Source: Nitrososphaerota archaeon
GTDB lineage: Archaea; Thermoproteota; Nitrososphaeria_A; Caldarchaeales; Calditenuaceae
Direction of reading: 5' to 3'
NCBI GenBank assembly: GCA_038845265.1
Contig: JAWBQR010000002.1
Coordinates: 32,001 to 96,000, forward strand
DNA: 64,000 nt
The notes beneath the pieces were generated by a model. It was not told the origin of the DNA, made no database searches, and was given only the letters and a program-made list of their open reading frames with translations. Positions 29,638 to 39,856 of the stretch are shown here, piece after piece. Numbering within the stretch: position 1 is the stretch's first letter; every line of letters begins with the position of its first letter. Position numbers and translations under genes: made by a program.

Positions 29638-30198
29638 CTAGCTCCTCCAAGAAAAGAGCGGTTCATGCCTTCTAGCTGATTGTGCTTTTTCTTCCTCAGT
29701 AAAAATACTAATAGCTATAGATGAAATTATTGGAAAACCGAAGAGGGCAGGTATCTCAAGCGGCCTCAAGTAGAGCATCATTGTATAGATCCTGTCAAGC
29801 TCGAGCATCCATGCATGATTCGGAGAGAGAACTGGGATTAACTGAAGCCCAATCAGTTGCCAACCGACAAATATGAAGGATGAACCGATGAAGGATGCCG
29901 CAATAGCTCCCCCCATGCTCCTAGCGAGGAGCCCGGCGACTGCTCCACCTAGAACCAAAATCAGTATGGGCCAGAAGCCCGCTCCAGATGAGATTGTAAA
30001 CGTACCACCATTAATGACTATCTGTTCGCCCATAAGACTAGAGACAGGAGAGATAAAGTACGTCAAGGCCTTGTAAATCTCACCTATTACTGCGAGCTGT
30101 ACATTCCTCACTGGCAACTGAGTACCAGCAGAAAGATATGAACCTGCACCAATAATTATTGCTATGAATGTAGCTGCTCCCCTAACGGTTCCGCTCAT
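29638..30198 (-). CDS. Hypothetical multi-pass membrane protein
   Basis: Several hydrophobic segments; no family recognised. Confidence 0.65.
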   Translation of the reverse strand: MSGTVRGAATFIAIIIGAGSYLSAGTQLPVRNVQLAVIGEIYKALTYFISPVSSLMGEQIVINGGTFTISSGAGFWPILILVLGGAVAGLLARSMGGAIAASFIGSSFIFVGWQLIGLQLIPVLSPNHAWMLELDRIYTMMLYLRPLEIPALFGFPIISSIAISIFTEEEKAQSARRHEPLFSWRS

Positions 30199-30314
30199 TT
30201 ATAAATTGCAGGCTTTTCTTCCTAATATCTCTAATAATGTCTCGATACTTTCTGAATTCTCTTAGAATTTCCTACGTATAGCTATGGATAATACAGAAAA
30301 GTATCGATTTCTCG

Positions 30315-30512
30315 CTAGATTATTGCGGGCTTGACGTATTTTGTCGGGTCGACTGGCTTCTTCTTCCTCGGAGAGTTCCTTAGAAGTATACCACAGTAAG
30401 GACATCTGACACTGTCAGTCAGGTGGTATGTCCGGCATCTGCTGCAATACTTATAGCCAGCGGCATAACTCCTCCTTGCAGATATCTTCTGAACAAGTAC
30501 CTGCTTTGACAT
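30315..30512 (-). CDS. Small basic zinc-finger protein (CSRC...CPYC)
   Basis: Y..G.KYC..C...CP.CG..LR..PR pattern; GAGGTGA RBS. Confidence 0.75.
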   Translation of the reverse strand: MSKQVLVQKISARRSYAAGYKYCSRCRTYHLTDSVRCPYCGILLRNSPRKKKPVDPTKYVKPAII

Positions 30513-30611
30513 TCATTAATTCACCTCTTTGCATTTAATAGATGCTTCACAGCTGATATAAGCATTATGCATAAATAGTATATACGTGACATATATTTAC
30601 AGAACTAAGAA

Positions 30612-31652
30612 ATGCATGTAAGGAAGCTTCAAAAACTAGGGACGACGACGATAGTCGTCTCTCTACCTAGGAGATGGGTCAAGGAGAAGGGCCTAAAACA
30701 GGGAGACGTAGTCTACATCGAGGAGGGAATAGACAGCATTACACTCCACACCACCAATAGGGCACAACAAACATTCAAAGTAACAATAAACGCCGAGATA
30801 GAGCCAAACCCTGAGTCCTTGGCCAGACTAGTGACAGCCAGCTATCTCCAGGGATATGACGAGGTAAGAATCATCTCGCAGTCAGGTCTCCTCCAGGAAC
30901 AGATAGATGAGATACTGGCCGCGTTAGAGCGACTTCCAGGCTTCGAGGTCCTAGAACAGACGCCCAACCGCCTAACGATACAGAGCATAGTTGACCCTGC
31001 AAGATTTACGGTTGACTCAATAATGAAGAGAATGCAAGTCATGATCTCCTCGATGATTAACTCTTCTATAGACGCGGTAATTGAGGGTATGCCGGAGAAG
31101 GCCGCAGAGGTCTCAAGGGTCGAAAACAAAGTAGACGAGCTCTACTTCCTCGTCGTTAGACAGCTCCTCCTAGCAATGAGAAATCCAAGCCTGGCCAAGA
31201 TAATAGGTATAGACTCCGTGCCAGCTGTGACTGGATACAGACTGGTCTCAAAAGCACTCGAGGAGATAGGAGACTACGCATTAGCAATCTCGAAGGAGAG
31301 CCTAAACATCAAGCGGCGGGGAAGAACCATAGACAAAGAAATACTCACACAGATAATGACGATAGGCGAAGAAGTCTCAACAATATTCGGAATTGCAGTG
31401 AATGCATTCCTGACACTTGACTTCAAGTTGATCAACTCTGTCTTCCAAGAGTTGCCGCCACTATCTGAGAAGATAGTCAGACTTGAATCCGAATTGCTGG
31501 ATAAAATCAAGGACCCACAGACAGTGATTTCATTTAGGCTAGTTATGAGGTACATATCTGAGATGCTTGACCAGTGTAGAATCATTGCTGAAGTCTCGGT
31601 CAATAAGTTCGTCAGGATTAACTCAAGGATCTGCGTGACTGAGGTTTCGTAG
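30612..31652 (+). CDS. AbrB-PhoU phosphate uptake regulator
   Basis: RKLQ.LG...VSLP..WV AbrB domain, YL.GYD, E..VD..YFL.VRQL, LE.IGD. Confidence 0.9.
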   Translation: MHVRKLQKLGTTTIVVSLPRRWVKEKGLKQGDVVYIEEGIDSITLHTTNRAQQTFKVTINAEIEPNPESLARLVTASYLQGYDEVRIISQSGLLQEQIDEILAALERLPGFEVLEQTPNRLTIQSIVDPARFTVDSIMKRMQVMISSMINSSIDAVIEGMPEKAAEVSRVENKVDELYFLVVRQLLLAMRNPSLAKIIGIDSVPAVTGYRLVSKALEEIGDYALAISKESLNIKRRGRTIDKEILTQIMTIGEEVSTIFGIAVNAFLTLDFKLINSVFQELPPLSEKIVRLESELLDKIKDPQTVISFRLVMRYISEMLDQCRIIAEVSVNKFVRINSRICVTEVS

Positions 31653-32766
31653 ACAACATGATTAGTCCCGACACTATGCATAGCATCATTGATAAGGTAA
31701 TCATTCCTGAGGCTCCGTAATTATCTGCAACTACTCCCGCAACTACCGGCGCTATTAGGAAGCCGGTTCCTATGTAGAATTCGTATCTGCTTATGAGTAG
31801 GACCGTGTCTCCGCCGATGCTGTTAGTCATGTAGAGGTACGTCAGAGAGTTGAATAGGCTTACCAGCATACCAAGCATGAGGAGCGAGAGGGGCAGCAAT
31901 GCCTGTATCTCCAACCTAACCAGCATCATGAGTGGCAAAACAGAGCAGAACGTCGTTACAGAAATATTGCCTAGCGTAGGCTGTATCTTAGCCCTGCTTA
32001 CTGATAGAAACCCTACCAGCCTAGATAAGGAGAATAGGGAGTACGAGTATCCAATGAGTGATGCTTCATAGCCTAATCCCTTCACAATGCCTGGAAGAAC
32101 CGAGACGACGACCGCGGTCATTCCGGAAAATATCGACGTCGCGGCGAAAAATGGGCGGAGCATCTTGGGCTTCCCCATCTTGGGGCTTTCATTATTCGTA
32201 CTCAGCCTTATCCTAAACAAAAGAAGCGAAAGAAACGATGACAACGATAATAAGAGTAGAGTGATGAGTGTAGTTTGAATATCTGTTATTTCCAGTAGTA
32301 CGCCTGAGAGGGATGGTCCTATTAGGTATCCGATCGACCAGGAAGCGCCGAAGAGTCCATATATCTTCGCCCTTTCTTCCGGTGGATAGAGCTTCGTAAT
32401 GATAATTTCAGCAACAGGATAGTAGATCGCCAGTGATGCTCCTATGATTATCTGTGCTAGATATATAGCGAATAATGCGTTTGTGAAGAGTAGTAGCAGC
32501 GTAGCGCCGCTGATGAGAAGCGCTGAGAGAGAGTATAGGCGGCTATCTTTAAAGACTGAGTACACTGGATATAACAGAAGTGTAATTAAGACGTACGGAA
32601 CAGACATTAATGTCCCCCCTAGTCCTATCTCTGCTCCTCCGTATCCAATTATCTTGAGATAGATCGGTATCAAGCAGATAAGCCCAGAGACAACAATTCC
32701 CCCCATAACTACGCCTATGTAGAAAGGTACGATGAACACGCGCCGCCTCTCGTCATGCTTCTCCAA
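31618..32766 (-). CDS. MFS transporter
   Basis: About 12 TM segments; ERAKIYG and G..IGP.L.G motifs. Confidence 0.75.
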   Translation of the reverse strand: MEKHDERRRVFIVPFYIGVVMGGIVVSGLICLIPIYLKIIGYGGAEIGLGGTLMSVPYVLITLLLYPVYSVFKDSRLYSLSALLISGATLLLLFTNALFAIYLAQIIIGASLAIYYPVAEIIITKLYPPEERAKIYGLFGASWSIGYLIGPSLSGVLLEITDIQTTLITLLLLSLSSFLSLLLFRIRLSTNNESPKMGKPKMLRPFFAATSIFSGMTAVVVSVLPGIVKGLGYEASLIGYSYSLFSLSRLVGFLSVSRAKIQPTLGNISVTTFCSVLPLMMLVRLEIQALLPLSLLMLGMLVSLFNSLTYLYMTNSIGGDTVLLISRYEFYIGTGFLIAPVVAGVVADNYGASGMITLSMMLCIVSGLIMLSTKPQSRRSLS

Positions 32767-32802
32767 TTATATTCAACTACGTCTCGAATGGAGGCATAAT
32801 AT

Positions 32803-33513
32803 TTACTCTTTAGTGGATAGACTTAATGCCTTTTTGAATATTCGGTTAATCATTGATTGAGTTAGTCTCCCTGTCTGTGTATTCTGTCGACTTGGATGAT
32901 AGGAGCAGATTAGATGTATTATGCTGGATGCGTCATTTTTCTTGAAGGTATAATACGCACCATGCCTAAACTCAAGGCGCTTCTTTTTACAAGCATAGCC
33001 ATGGTCCCTCAGTAGCCTTACAGATGTCTTGAAGGCCAGCATGCCGAGGGCGACTACTACTCTTACAATTTTGAGGAGCCTAAACTCTTCAAAGAGATAT
33101 TGATAACAATTTTCAAACTCGCTCCTCATAGGCTTATTTCCGGGAGGAGCGCACCTCACCGCTGCTGTTAAGTAGCAGTTAAATAATCTAAGACCATCGT
33201 CGATGCTGATTGATTGCGGCTGGTTTGCCAATCCTGCCGAGTGGAGAGCATGCATAAGTGTCTCCCCGGAACCATCGCCGGTAAACATTCTGCCAGTTCT
33301 ATTTCCACCATGAGCGGCGGGAGCGAGTCCAATGACTAATATCTGGGCTTTAGGATCGCCGAAGCCTGGGAGAGGCCTGGCCCAGTATCTCTGTCCTAAG
33401 TATCTCTTAGGCGGATTCTTAGCGACCCTAGTTCTATGCTCGACGAGGCGTGGACAGCGGGAACAATTAATGAGGCTTGAGTTTAACTCTTCGAGAGTAT
33501 TAAACCTACTCAT
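32803..33513 (-). CDS. Uracil-DNA glycosylase family 5 (UdgB-type)
   Basis: C..CPRL Fe-S motif, GLAPAAHGGNRTGRMFTGD, HPSRQN. Confidence 0.92.
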   Translation of the reverse strand: MSRFNTLEELNSSLINCSRCPRLVEHRTRVAKNPPKRYLGQRYWARPLPGFGDPKAQILVIGLAPAAHGGNRTGRMFTGDGSGETLMHALHSAGLANQPQSISIDDGLRLFNCYLTAAVRCAPPGNKPMRSEFENCYQYLFEEFRLLKIVRVVVALGMLAFKTSVRLLRDHGYACKKKRLEFRHGAYYTFKKNDASSIIHLICSYHPSRQNTQTGRLTQSMINRIFKKALSLSTKE

Positions 33514-33515
33514 GT

Positions 33516-34145
33516 CTAGGGGGATGCCTTAACAAATGGGTTATAGAGTTTTTCGATTCCCAACCTTGTCGTCTCGCCGTGCCCAGGCATAACCCTGACA
33601 TCGTCATCCAAGACGTATATCTTCTCCCTGATAGAAACTATGAGTTGGTTAAAGTCTCCTCCTAAGAAGTCGGTCCTGCCGACAGATCCTGCAAAGAGCG
33701 TATCGCCAGAAAATAAGACGTCATTTACGAGTAGACAAATGCTTCCAGGACTGTGCCCTGGAGTATGAAGAATCTTAACTCTATAGTCACCGAGACTTAG
33801 TTCGTCGCCTTCACCGATGAAATCGTCGGGATTGGGTGCATCGAATTTTATGCCAAGCCATCTTAGCGCTTGTCTCGGCGCCTCTTCAAGTATTGGGAGG
33901 TCATCCTTATGGATGAGAAACTTTGCACCAATAGCCTCTCTCACATCATCAACAGCTAGTATATGGTCAAAATGACAGTGAGTAGCTATTATTGCTTTAA
34001 CATTCAATCCGGGTTCAAGCATTCTAAGAATCTTAGCCGGCTCATCTCCAGGATCTATTATTATTGTCTCGTTAGTGTTCGTATCCATTAAGAGGTATGA
34101 ATTTGTCGATAGTTCTCCTACGATGCTTCGCTTTACTCGTATCAT
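33516..34145 (-). CDS. MBL-fold metallo-hydrolase (glyoxalase II-like)
   Basis: THCHFDH, HTPGHSPG, SGDTLF, PGHG. Confidence 0.9.
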   Translation of the reverse strand: MIRVKRSIVGELSTNSYLLMDTNTNETIIIDPGDEPAKILRMLEPGLNVKAIIATHCHFDHILAVDDVREAIGAKFLIHKDDLPILEEAPRQALRWLGIKFDAPNPDDFIGEGDELSLGDYRVKILHTPGHSPGSICLLVNDVLFSGDTLFAGSVGRTDFLGGDFNQLIVSIREKIYVLDDDVRVMPGHGETTRLGIEKLYNPFVKASP

Positions 34146-34201
34146 TCAGAAACCTACCTCTCACGATGCAATAATAATATGTCTGGACTCCTCATAAATG
34201 A

Positions 34202-35068
34202 TTATTCAGCGAGTCTCTTTACTATCTCTTTTATTCTCTTCTCAGCCTCATGGACAAAGGTTAGGGGCTTTAATGCACCAATCTCTGAGACATACTCTGA
34301 GATGAGTGCAGGAGGCGTAGCCTCAAAGAGCCTATACCTCAGCTCGAAATCGCCTTGAAGATAAGTTGTAAATTCAGGTCTCCAGGCTCCGATATGGTCA
34401 AGCTTGAATACATCGACAATACTTATAACTGGCTTTTTATCCTCGGCGACCTTCGAGGCAAGAAATGTGCCAGACCTATTCACGAGCGAGCCATCTCTTA
34501 GAACAGCGTCGCATCCAATTAGGACGACGTCTGACACCTCAACCGCCTCAGCCAAAGCTGCATCTGGATAAACATTGACATTTATCCCAATACTTCTAAG
34601 CCTCTTCGCCATCAGTAGGCCATCAAATAAAGGCCAACCAGCGTTCACAATAACTGATACGTCCTTGAGGCTTAAGAGAACCCTAAATACCTGAGAGCTA
34701 TAACTTAGCGTGAAGATTCTTCTCATACCACGTATTCTCTCAACAGCTTTGGAGACAGCATTAGAGAGCGACTCGCTATAAATCTCCAGTAACCTCTCTG
34801 TCAAGTCTTTGAGTCTAGCTTTTGATCGTGGAGCAATCTGCAAGGCATCCCGGATCGTAGTGAGGAGATTGACTGGAAGTATTAATGATGGTCTCTCAAG
34901 GGCAATATTGATCATCGTTTCTAATAGCTTTACCTCGTGTTGGTATGTCGTGGGCTCTGCCTCCTTGGATAGAAGTTTGAGAACCCCTATGGCTATCTCT
35001 GAGGAGCCTGACTCGCTGTCAAATATTATTTCTCTAAGCCTCGATAATAATGTAGTTTCACTGACCAT
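34202..35068 (-). CDS. eIF-2B alpha/beta/delta-family protein
   Basis: TLSYSS.V, G.DAV..DG..VN.SGT, FE.TP..LI. Confidence 0.75.
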   Translation of the reverse strand: MVSETTLLSRLREIIFDSESGSSEIAIGVLKLLSKEAEPTTYQHEVKLLETMINIALERPSLILPVNLLTTIRDALQIAPRSKARLKDLTERLLEIYSESLSNAVSKAVERIRGMRRIFTLSYSSQVFRVLLSLKDVSVIVNAGWPLFDGLLMAKRLRSIGINVNVYPDAALAEAVEVSDVVLIGCDAVLRDGSLVNRSGTFLASKVAEDKKPVISIVDVFKLDHIGAWRPEFTTYLQGDFELRYRLFEATPPALISEYVSEIGALKPLTFVHEAEKRIKEIVKRLAE

Positions 35069-36083
35069 CTGGTATCAACAGAATCTTTCCGAAGTGCTTA
35101 TTCGACTCTAGCCTGCGGTGAGCCTCTGCCGCCTGGCTCAGCTTGAATACGCTGTCGATGATTACTCTTAGCCTATGCTTAGATACCAGTTCAAGCAGCT
35201 TCATGAGTTCTGCCTTGGTGCCAAGTCCGGAGCCTACTATTTTCTGCCTCTTCCTGTATAGTTCCCTCACGTTTATGGCGACGTCCTGACCCGTCGTCGC
35301 GCCCACAGTCACAAGCGTCCCGCCCGGTGCTAGAACCTTTAATGCCGTCGGCCAGAATGATGCTCCAGCATGTTCAAGAACAATGTCCACGCCCTTATTG
35401 TCAGTAGCTCTCATTACACCTTCGACCACATCCTCCCTTAATCGGTTTATCACTAGGTCAGCTCCAAGCTGGTAGGCCTTTTCAACTTTTGAGTCATCGC
35501 TTACAGTCGTCACTACGTATGCGCCGCTCAGCTTCGCTATCTGTATCGCGGCATAGCCCACACCGCTTCCTCCCCCAACTATCAGCACCGACATGCCGGG
35601 GCCAATGCCCGCCGAAGAGACGAGGGCTCCCCAAGCAGTCGTAAAGTTTACTGGGATCGCAGCGGCCTCCTGAAGCGTCATCGAGTCTGGGATCTTCAGC
35701 AGGCTCTTAGATGGGACTACGGCTTTCTCCGCGTATCCGCCCCAGATGTTCTGCCCAATCCTCTTCATGTTTTGGCATAAGTTCTCTCTTCCTGATACGC
35801 AGTAGATGCATCTGCCGCATCCGACTTCTGGATATACAACAACTCTGTCACCGACTGAAAATGATGGATCGCCGGGCTTCTCCACTATGCCTGCTATGTC
35901 GCATCCAATCACTGCTGGAAGTGGCACCTTGTATAGGCCGGTCCTAATCCAGACGTCTATCCTGTTGACGCCGGCAGCCTCGACGCGTATAACAGAGTCT
36001 CCGGGACCAGGCACCGGCTCTGTAACCTCCTTATAAATAAGGGCTTCAGGACCACCTACATTCTCAATAACCGCCGCCTTCAT
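35058..36083 (-). CDS. Zinc-binding MDR dehydrogenase / quinone oxidoreductase
   Basis: CGRCIYC...ENLC structural Zn site, GGYAE, GGGSGVG. Confidence 0.85.
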   Translation of the reverse strand: MKAAVIENVGGPEALIYKEVTEPVPGPGDSVIRVEAAGVNRIDVWIRTGLYKVPLPAVIGCDIAGIVEKPGDPSFSVGDRVVVYPEVGCGRCIYCVSGRENLCQNMKRIGQNIWGGYAEKAVVPSKSLLKIPDSMTLQEAAAIPVNFTTAWGALVSSAGIGPGMSVLIVGGGSGVGYAAIQIAKLSGAYVVTTVSDDSKVEKAYQLGADLVINRLREDVVEGVMRATDNKGVDIVLEHAGASFWPTALKVLAPGGTLVTVGATTGQDVAINVRELYRKRQKIVGSGLGTKAELMKLLELVSKHRLRVIIDSVFKLSQAAEAHRRLESNKHFGKILLIPDGQ

Positions 36084-36194
36084 GGATTAGGAATGCATAC
36101 CTATTGATTATAAATTTTCAGGTAGAACTTGCTGTATATCTACTTAGTAATTTATGATAAGAAAATAGTTAAATTCAATGACTCCCAGTAAAAC

Positions 36195-37331
36195 ATGAGG
36201 GTGTATAAGAATTTGAAGACAACAGTATCCGTAATTAAGGCCGACGTCGGAAGTGTTGCTGGTCACTATAAGCCGCATGAGGAGATGCTGCGCCTAGCAA
36301 GGAGGAGGCTATGCGAGGCAAAAGAATCAGGCGTCATAAACAGTGGATACGTACAGTCAATAGGAGACGACATATTGCTAATAATGACACACTCTAGGGG
36401 AGAGAATAACCCAGACATACATCAACTCGCATGGAACATATTCAAGGAAGTAACGGAAAAAATAGCCAAGCCCCTTAAGCTATATGCTGCAGGACAAGAC
36501 CTACTCAGCGATGCATTCAGCGGCACCGTCAAGGGACTGGGTCCGGGAGTAGCTGAACTAGAATTTGAGGAGAGACGCTCAGACCCAGTCATTGTCTTCG
36601 CAGCCGACAAGACAGAGCCCGGGGCCTGGAACCTGCCGCTCTACAGAATCTTTGCATCCCCAGAGAACACGGCCGGCCTAGTGATAGACCCAATACTTCA
36701 TAAGGGCTTCATCTTCCAAGTACTAGACCTCCATGAAAACAAGGCCGTCGACCTAAAGATGCCTGACGAACTCTACAAACTGCTGGGACTAATAGGTACG
36801 CCCGGCCGCTACGTAATCAACAGGATATGGAGAGTACATGACGGAGAGCCAGCAGCAGCTACAAGCACGACACGTCTAAGCCTGATAGCTGGAAAATATG
36901 TCGGTAAGGACGACCCAGTCATGATTGTTAGGGCACAGGCGGGTTTCCCGGCCGTAGGCGAGATACTGAGTGCATTCGTTCCTCCAATAATTGTCAGCGG
37001 CTGGATGAGGGGCTCGCATAGGGGACCACTGATGCCAGTCTCCTTTAAGGCCGGACAGAACGTTGTATCATACTTCGATGGCCCCCCGAGAGTAATAGCG
37101 ATGGGATGGCAGATAAGTAATGGCAAACTCATAGGTGTAGACGGCGAAGAGCCGGCAGACCTCTTCGCTGATCCTTTCTGGGAATACACAAGAATGAAGT
37201 GCGCCGAGATTGCGGTCTTCCTAAGAACCATGGGCGAATTCGAGCCAGCCCGCCTCGGAGAAGAAGAAATGGAATACACGACGCTCCCATCAATAATAGA
37301 GTCGCTAAAGGACAGATTCAAGAAAATATAG
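36195..37331 (+). CDS. fbp: Fructose-1,6-bisphosphate aldolase/phosphatase
   Basis: KADVGS..GH, GQDLLSDAFSG, DKTEPGAWN, YVGKDDP, GWMRGSH.GPLMP, MEYTTLP. Confidence 0.95.
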   Translation: MRVYKNLKTTVSVIKADVGSVAGHYKPHEEMLRLARRRLCEAKESGVINSGYVQSIGDDILLIMTHSRGENNPDIHQLAWNIFKEVTEKIAKPLKLYAAGQDLLSDAFSGTVKGLGPGVAELEFEERRSDPVIVFAADKTEPGAWNLPLYRIFASPENTAGLVIDPILHKGFIFQVLDLHENKAVDLKMPDELYKLLGLIGTPGRYVINRIWRVHDGEPAAATSTTRLSLIAGKYVGKDDPVMIVRAQAGFPAVGEILSAFVPPIIVSGWMRGSHRGPLMPVSFKAGQNVVSYFDGPPRVIAMGWQISNGKLIGVDGEEPADLFADPFWEYTRMKCAEIAVFLRTMGEFEPARLGEEEMEYTTLPSIIESLKDRFKKI

Positions 37332-37433
37332 AGATAACAGAACAAACTTTACTTGCTAGTACAGCCTTTTTTCTCAAAAATTGAAATTGATATTTACCGA
37401 TCAGGCGTCGGGCTGAGCGTAGTCTCGATCTCG

Positions 37434-37610
37434 TTAGAAGTCTTCCTTGATTATTGTCTTTCTATTATTTGCCTTGCATCGCTCGACTGCTTTCTCGATG
37501 GCCTGCCTAACGAGTGCATCGAGTCCTTGTAGTGCATCGCTGCTGAGCCTTATGCCCTCTGGAAGCAGTTCCCTAACCTTTGACTCCACTATAACTAATT
37601 CTCTCGGCAT
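37434..37610 (-). CDS. Histone-fold protein, 58 aa, HTkC-like face-to-face type
   Basis: Manual translation MPRELVIVESKVRELLPEGIRLSSDALQGLDALVRQAIEKAVERCKANNRKTIIKEDF; R.S.DA and RKT....D histone motifs; GGAGTGA RBS. Confidence 0.85.
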   Translation of the reverse strand: MPRELVIVESKVRELLPEGIRLSSDALQGLDALVRQAIEKAVERCKANNRKTIIKEDF

Positions 37611-37714
37611 TTCTTATCACTCCTACCTAATAAGTAGGGGTTTTTTAGGTTTTCTAGGGCATTTTTTCCCATTATGGCGAGGTATTACCCACATATTTCC
37701 CTACTCTTAAAGAG

Positions 37715-39145
37715 CTATAAATCAAGCGTGTTAAGCAATGATGCCTGGACTAGCCTACAATTTATGCCAGCATCCCTTATCAATTCATCGAATAATGAGG
37801 GCTTCTCAGAATGTATTGGTATTAATCTTTTTGGAGAGGCATTTCTAAGGATCTCTATGAGCTCTGACCTGCCAGCATGTCCAGATGCATGCACCTGCAA
37901 GCTCTTCATGCCAAGTATCTTTAACCAATTCTCTACACGCTGCCTATCTATTTCCTGCTCCTCATTATGCGGCTCACTGGAGGAATATACAAAGATTGAC
38001 CCCTCTACTGGTCTCACAAAGACGAGGTCAATAACGTCGTCAGGAGCATTTATCACCATTACGTATCTGCTCTGCTCCCTCGATAGATCGACATCAAAGA
38101 TAGGCTCGCATCTCCTTTCACGCAGCTGATCTATATAGCTTCGTTCCCACCTGTCGTAGTCCTTCTCTAAATCTATGCTGCCGCTTCCCTTTCTCTCAAC
38201 ATATGCAACGACGTTTCCGCATCCCGGTAATAATTCATTTGGAAGCATCCCAACCTCATGAAAGACCTCAAGCATAGCAGCCATCCTCAGCGAGACTGCA
38301 GTAATCCTAGAGTTTTCTATCGCCGCCCTCGCTATTGAGATGAACCTGTCATAATCAGTTATTCCAGTCAGAATCACTATCAATCCATGCCTAGCCTCCC
38401 TGAATGTATCGACAAGTCTTAAATAGACATCATGCTCAGTTATGTCTTCTTTCTCGTCTATTCTTGTACCCTCGAGCATCAATGTATCCACGCCTTCACG
38501 TTGGATTGCCTCGGTGAATTCGTATGTAAACTGACTCTTAGGCCCATGAAGTCTCAGGTCTCCTGAATATGCGATGCTCCCCTCGGATGTATGGATTACG
38601 AAGCCATAAGAGCCAGGAACAGAATGGTCAACGTGTATAGGGATAATTCTAATCGAACCAATAATGATGGTCGAGCCGGTCCTGAAAGTCTCTATTCTCC
38701 TATCCCTGTCTAAAAATACGCGTTCCTCAACTGTTCTAGCAGACTTGGTTTTCTCACGTGTTTCTGCAATTTTAAGCGAACTCTCACCAATGTATATCGG
38801 TAAGTCATTCCGTATTAGGGATAAGTGTCCATAATGATCTATATGTGGATGGCTAATAACTATTCCGAGGACATTAAGAGCAGGCGAATGCCTGAGTTTT
38901 TCCTCCACGAGTCCTAAAGGATCGAAGAGGCTCGTGTCGTAGATGTTTGAAACAGCAGGAATAGCACCGCATCTTAGCAACGATGCCAGGACTGAATATC
39001 TTTTTGGACGAAGATATCCGCCAAAATATTCGCGTCTTGCGGTAAAGCTTACGCCGAAGTCAATTAAGATTCCCTCTCCTCTCGCCTCGATGTAAAACTT
39101 ATTTCCACCTATCTCGTTAACGCCGCCCAGCGGTATCAGTCTCAA
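37715..39145 (-). CDS. RNase J-like / beta-CASP MBL-fold hydrolase
   Basis: GG.NEIGGN, SHPHIDH, VDHS, SGDLRLHG, EGT, HASGH, PIHSE. Confidence 0.85.
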   Translation of the reverse strand: MRLIPLGGVNEIGGNKFYIEARGEGILIDFGVSFTARREYFGGYLRPKRYSVLASLLRCGAIPAVSNIYDTSLFDPLGLVEEKLRHSPALNVLGIVISHPHIDHYGHLSLIRNDLPIYIGESSLKIAETREKTKSARTVEERVFLDRDRRIETFRTGSTIIIGSIRIIPIHVDHSVPGSYGFVIHTSEGSIAYSGDLRLHGPKSQFTYEFTEAIQREGVDTLMLEGTRIDEKEDITEHDVYLRLVDTFREARHGLIVILTGITDYDRFISIARAAIENSRITAVSLRMAAMLEVFHEVGMLPNELLPGCGNVVAYVERKGSGSIDLEKDYDRWERSYIDQLRERRCEPIFDVDLSREQSRYVMVINAPDDVIDLVFVRPVEGSIFVYSSSEPHNEEQEIDRQRVENWLKILGMKSLQVHASGHAGRSELIEILRNASPKRLIPIHSEKPSLFDELIRDAGINCRLVQASLLNTLDL

Positions 39146-39740
39146 AAATTCCCGCCCTCAACAACGCATCTATCGTTACTTTCTTTATATTTTCTTGTAC
39201 TTCTTCGACGGTCTGCTCACCGTCAATGCTGATCAATAATCCCTCCATACACATTTTTTGATACAGCTCTCTTACCCTAGCTAATGTTTCAATTCTTTCG
39301 TATTTTGTTTTTCTTGTCATTTTTCTGCCGCTTAGACGCCTAAGTCCTACCTCCGGTGAGACATCTACGTAGATAGCTATGTCTGGAGGTGGCACCCACT
39401 TATTTATGGCCTTGACCCAATCGATTTCCCCGGTCAGTGCTCCCTGATAAGCTATTGATGAGTAGACATATCTATCCGTCACTACTACGTATCCTCTGTC
39501 CAGCCTAGGCTTGATGTATCTATAGTAATGTTCAATCCTGTCAGCAGCGAATAACAGTGCGTCAACCCTGTGGTCTGAGTCTCCTGTTCTTAATCTCTTC
39601 TTTATCAGTCTTCCAAAAGGGCTATTTGTAGGCTCAGAGGTATAACATGCATTAATGCCGTTAGTCATAAGCCATCTTACTAGTTTCTTGGCCTGTGTTG
39701 TCTTTCCGGCACCATCAATTCCCTCAATCGCTATCAGCAA
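39117..39740 (-). CDS. tmk: Thymidylate kinase
   Basis: EGIDGAGKTT, EP, LLFAADR, DRY..SS.AYQG. Confidence 0.95.
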   Translation of the reverse strand: MLIAIEGIDGAGKTTQAKKLVRWLMTNGINACYTSEPTNSPFGRLIKKRLRTGDSDHRVDALLFAADRIEHYYRYIKPRLDRGYVVVTDRYVYSSIAYQGALTGEIDWVKAINKWVPPPDIAIYVDVSPEVGLRRLSGRKMTRKTKYERIETLARVRELYQKMCMEGLLISIDGEQTVEEVQENIKKVTIDALLRAGIFETDTAGRR

Positions 39741-39856
39741 TCCATTAACTTCTCATAACAACTGAAATAATAGACTTCCTCTCCGCGTCGGTCTAGTTCA
39801 TTCAAGAATAGATGCTTCTTTATAAATCGCCCCTAAGCAATAATTATAAGAAACAG

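Noticed and set aside
37447-37710. 87-aa plus-strand ORF
   Set aside because: Antisense shadow of the histone gene.
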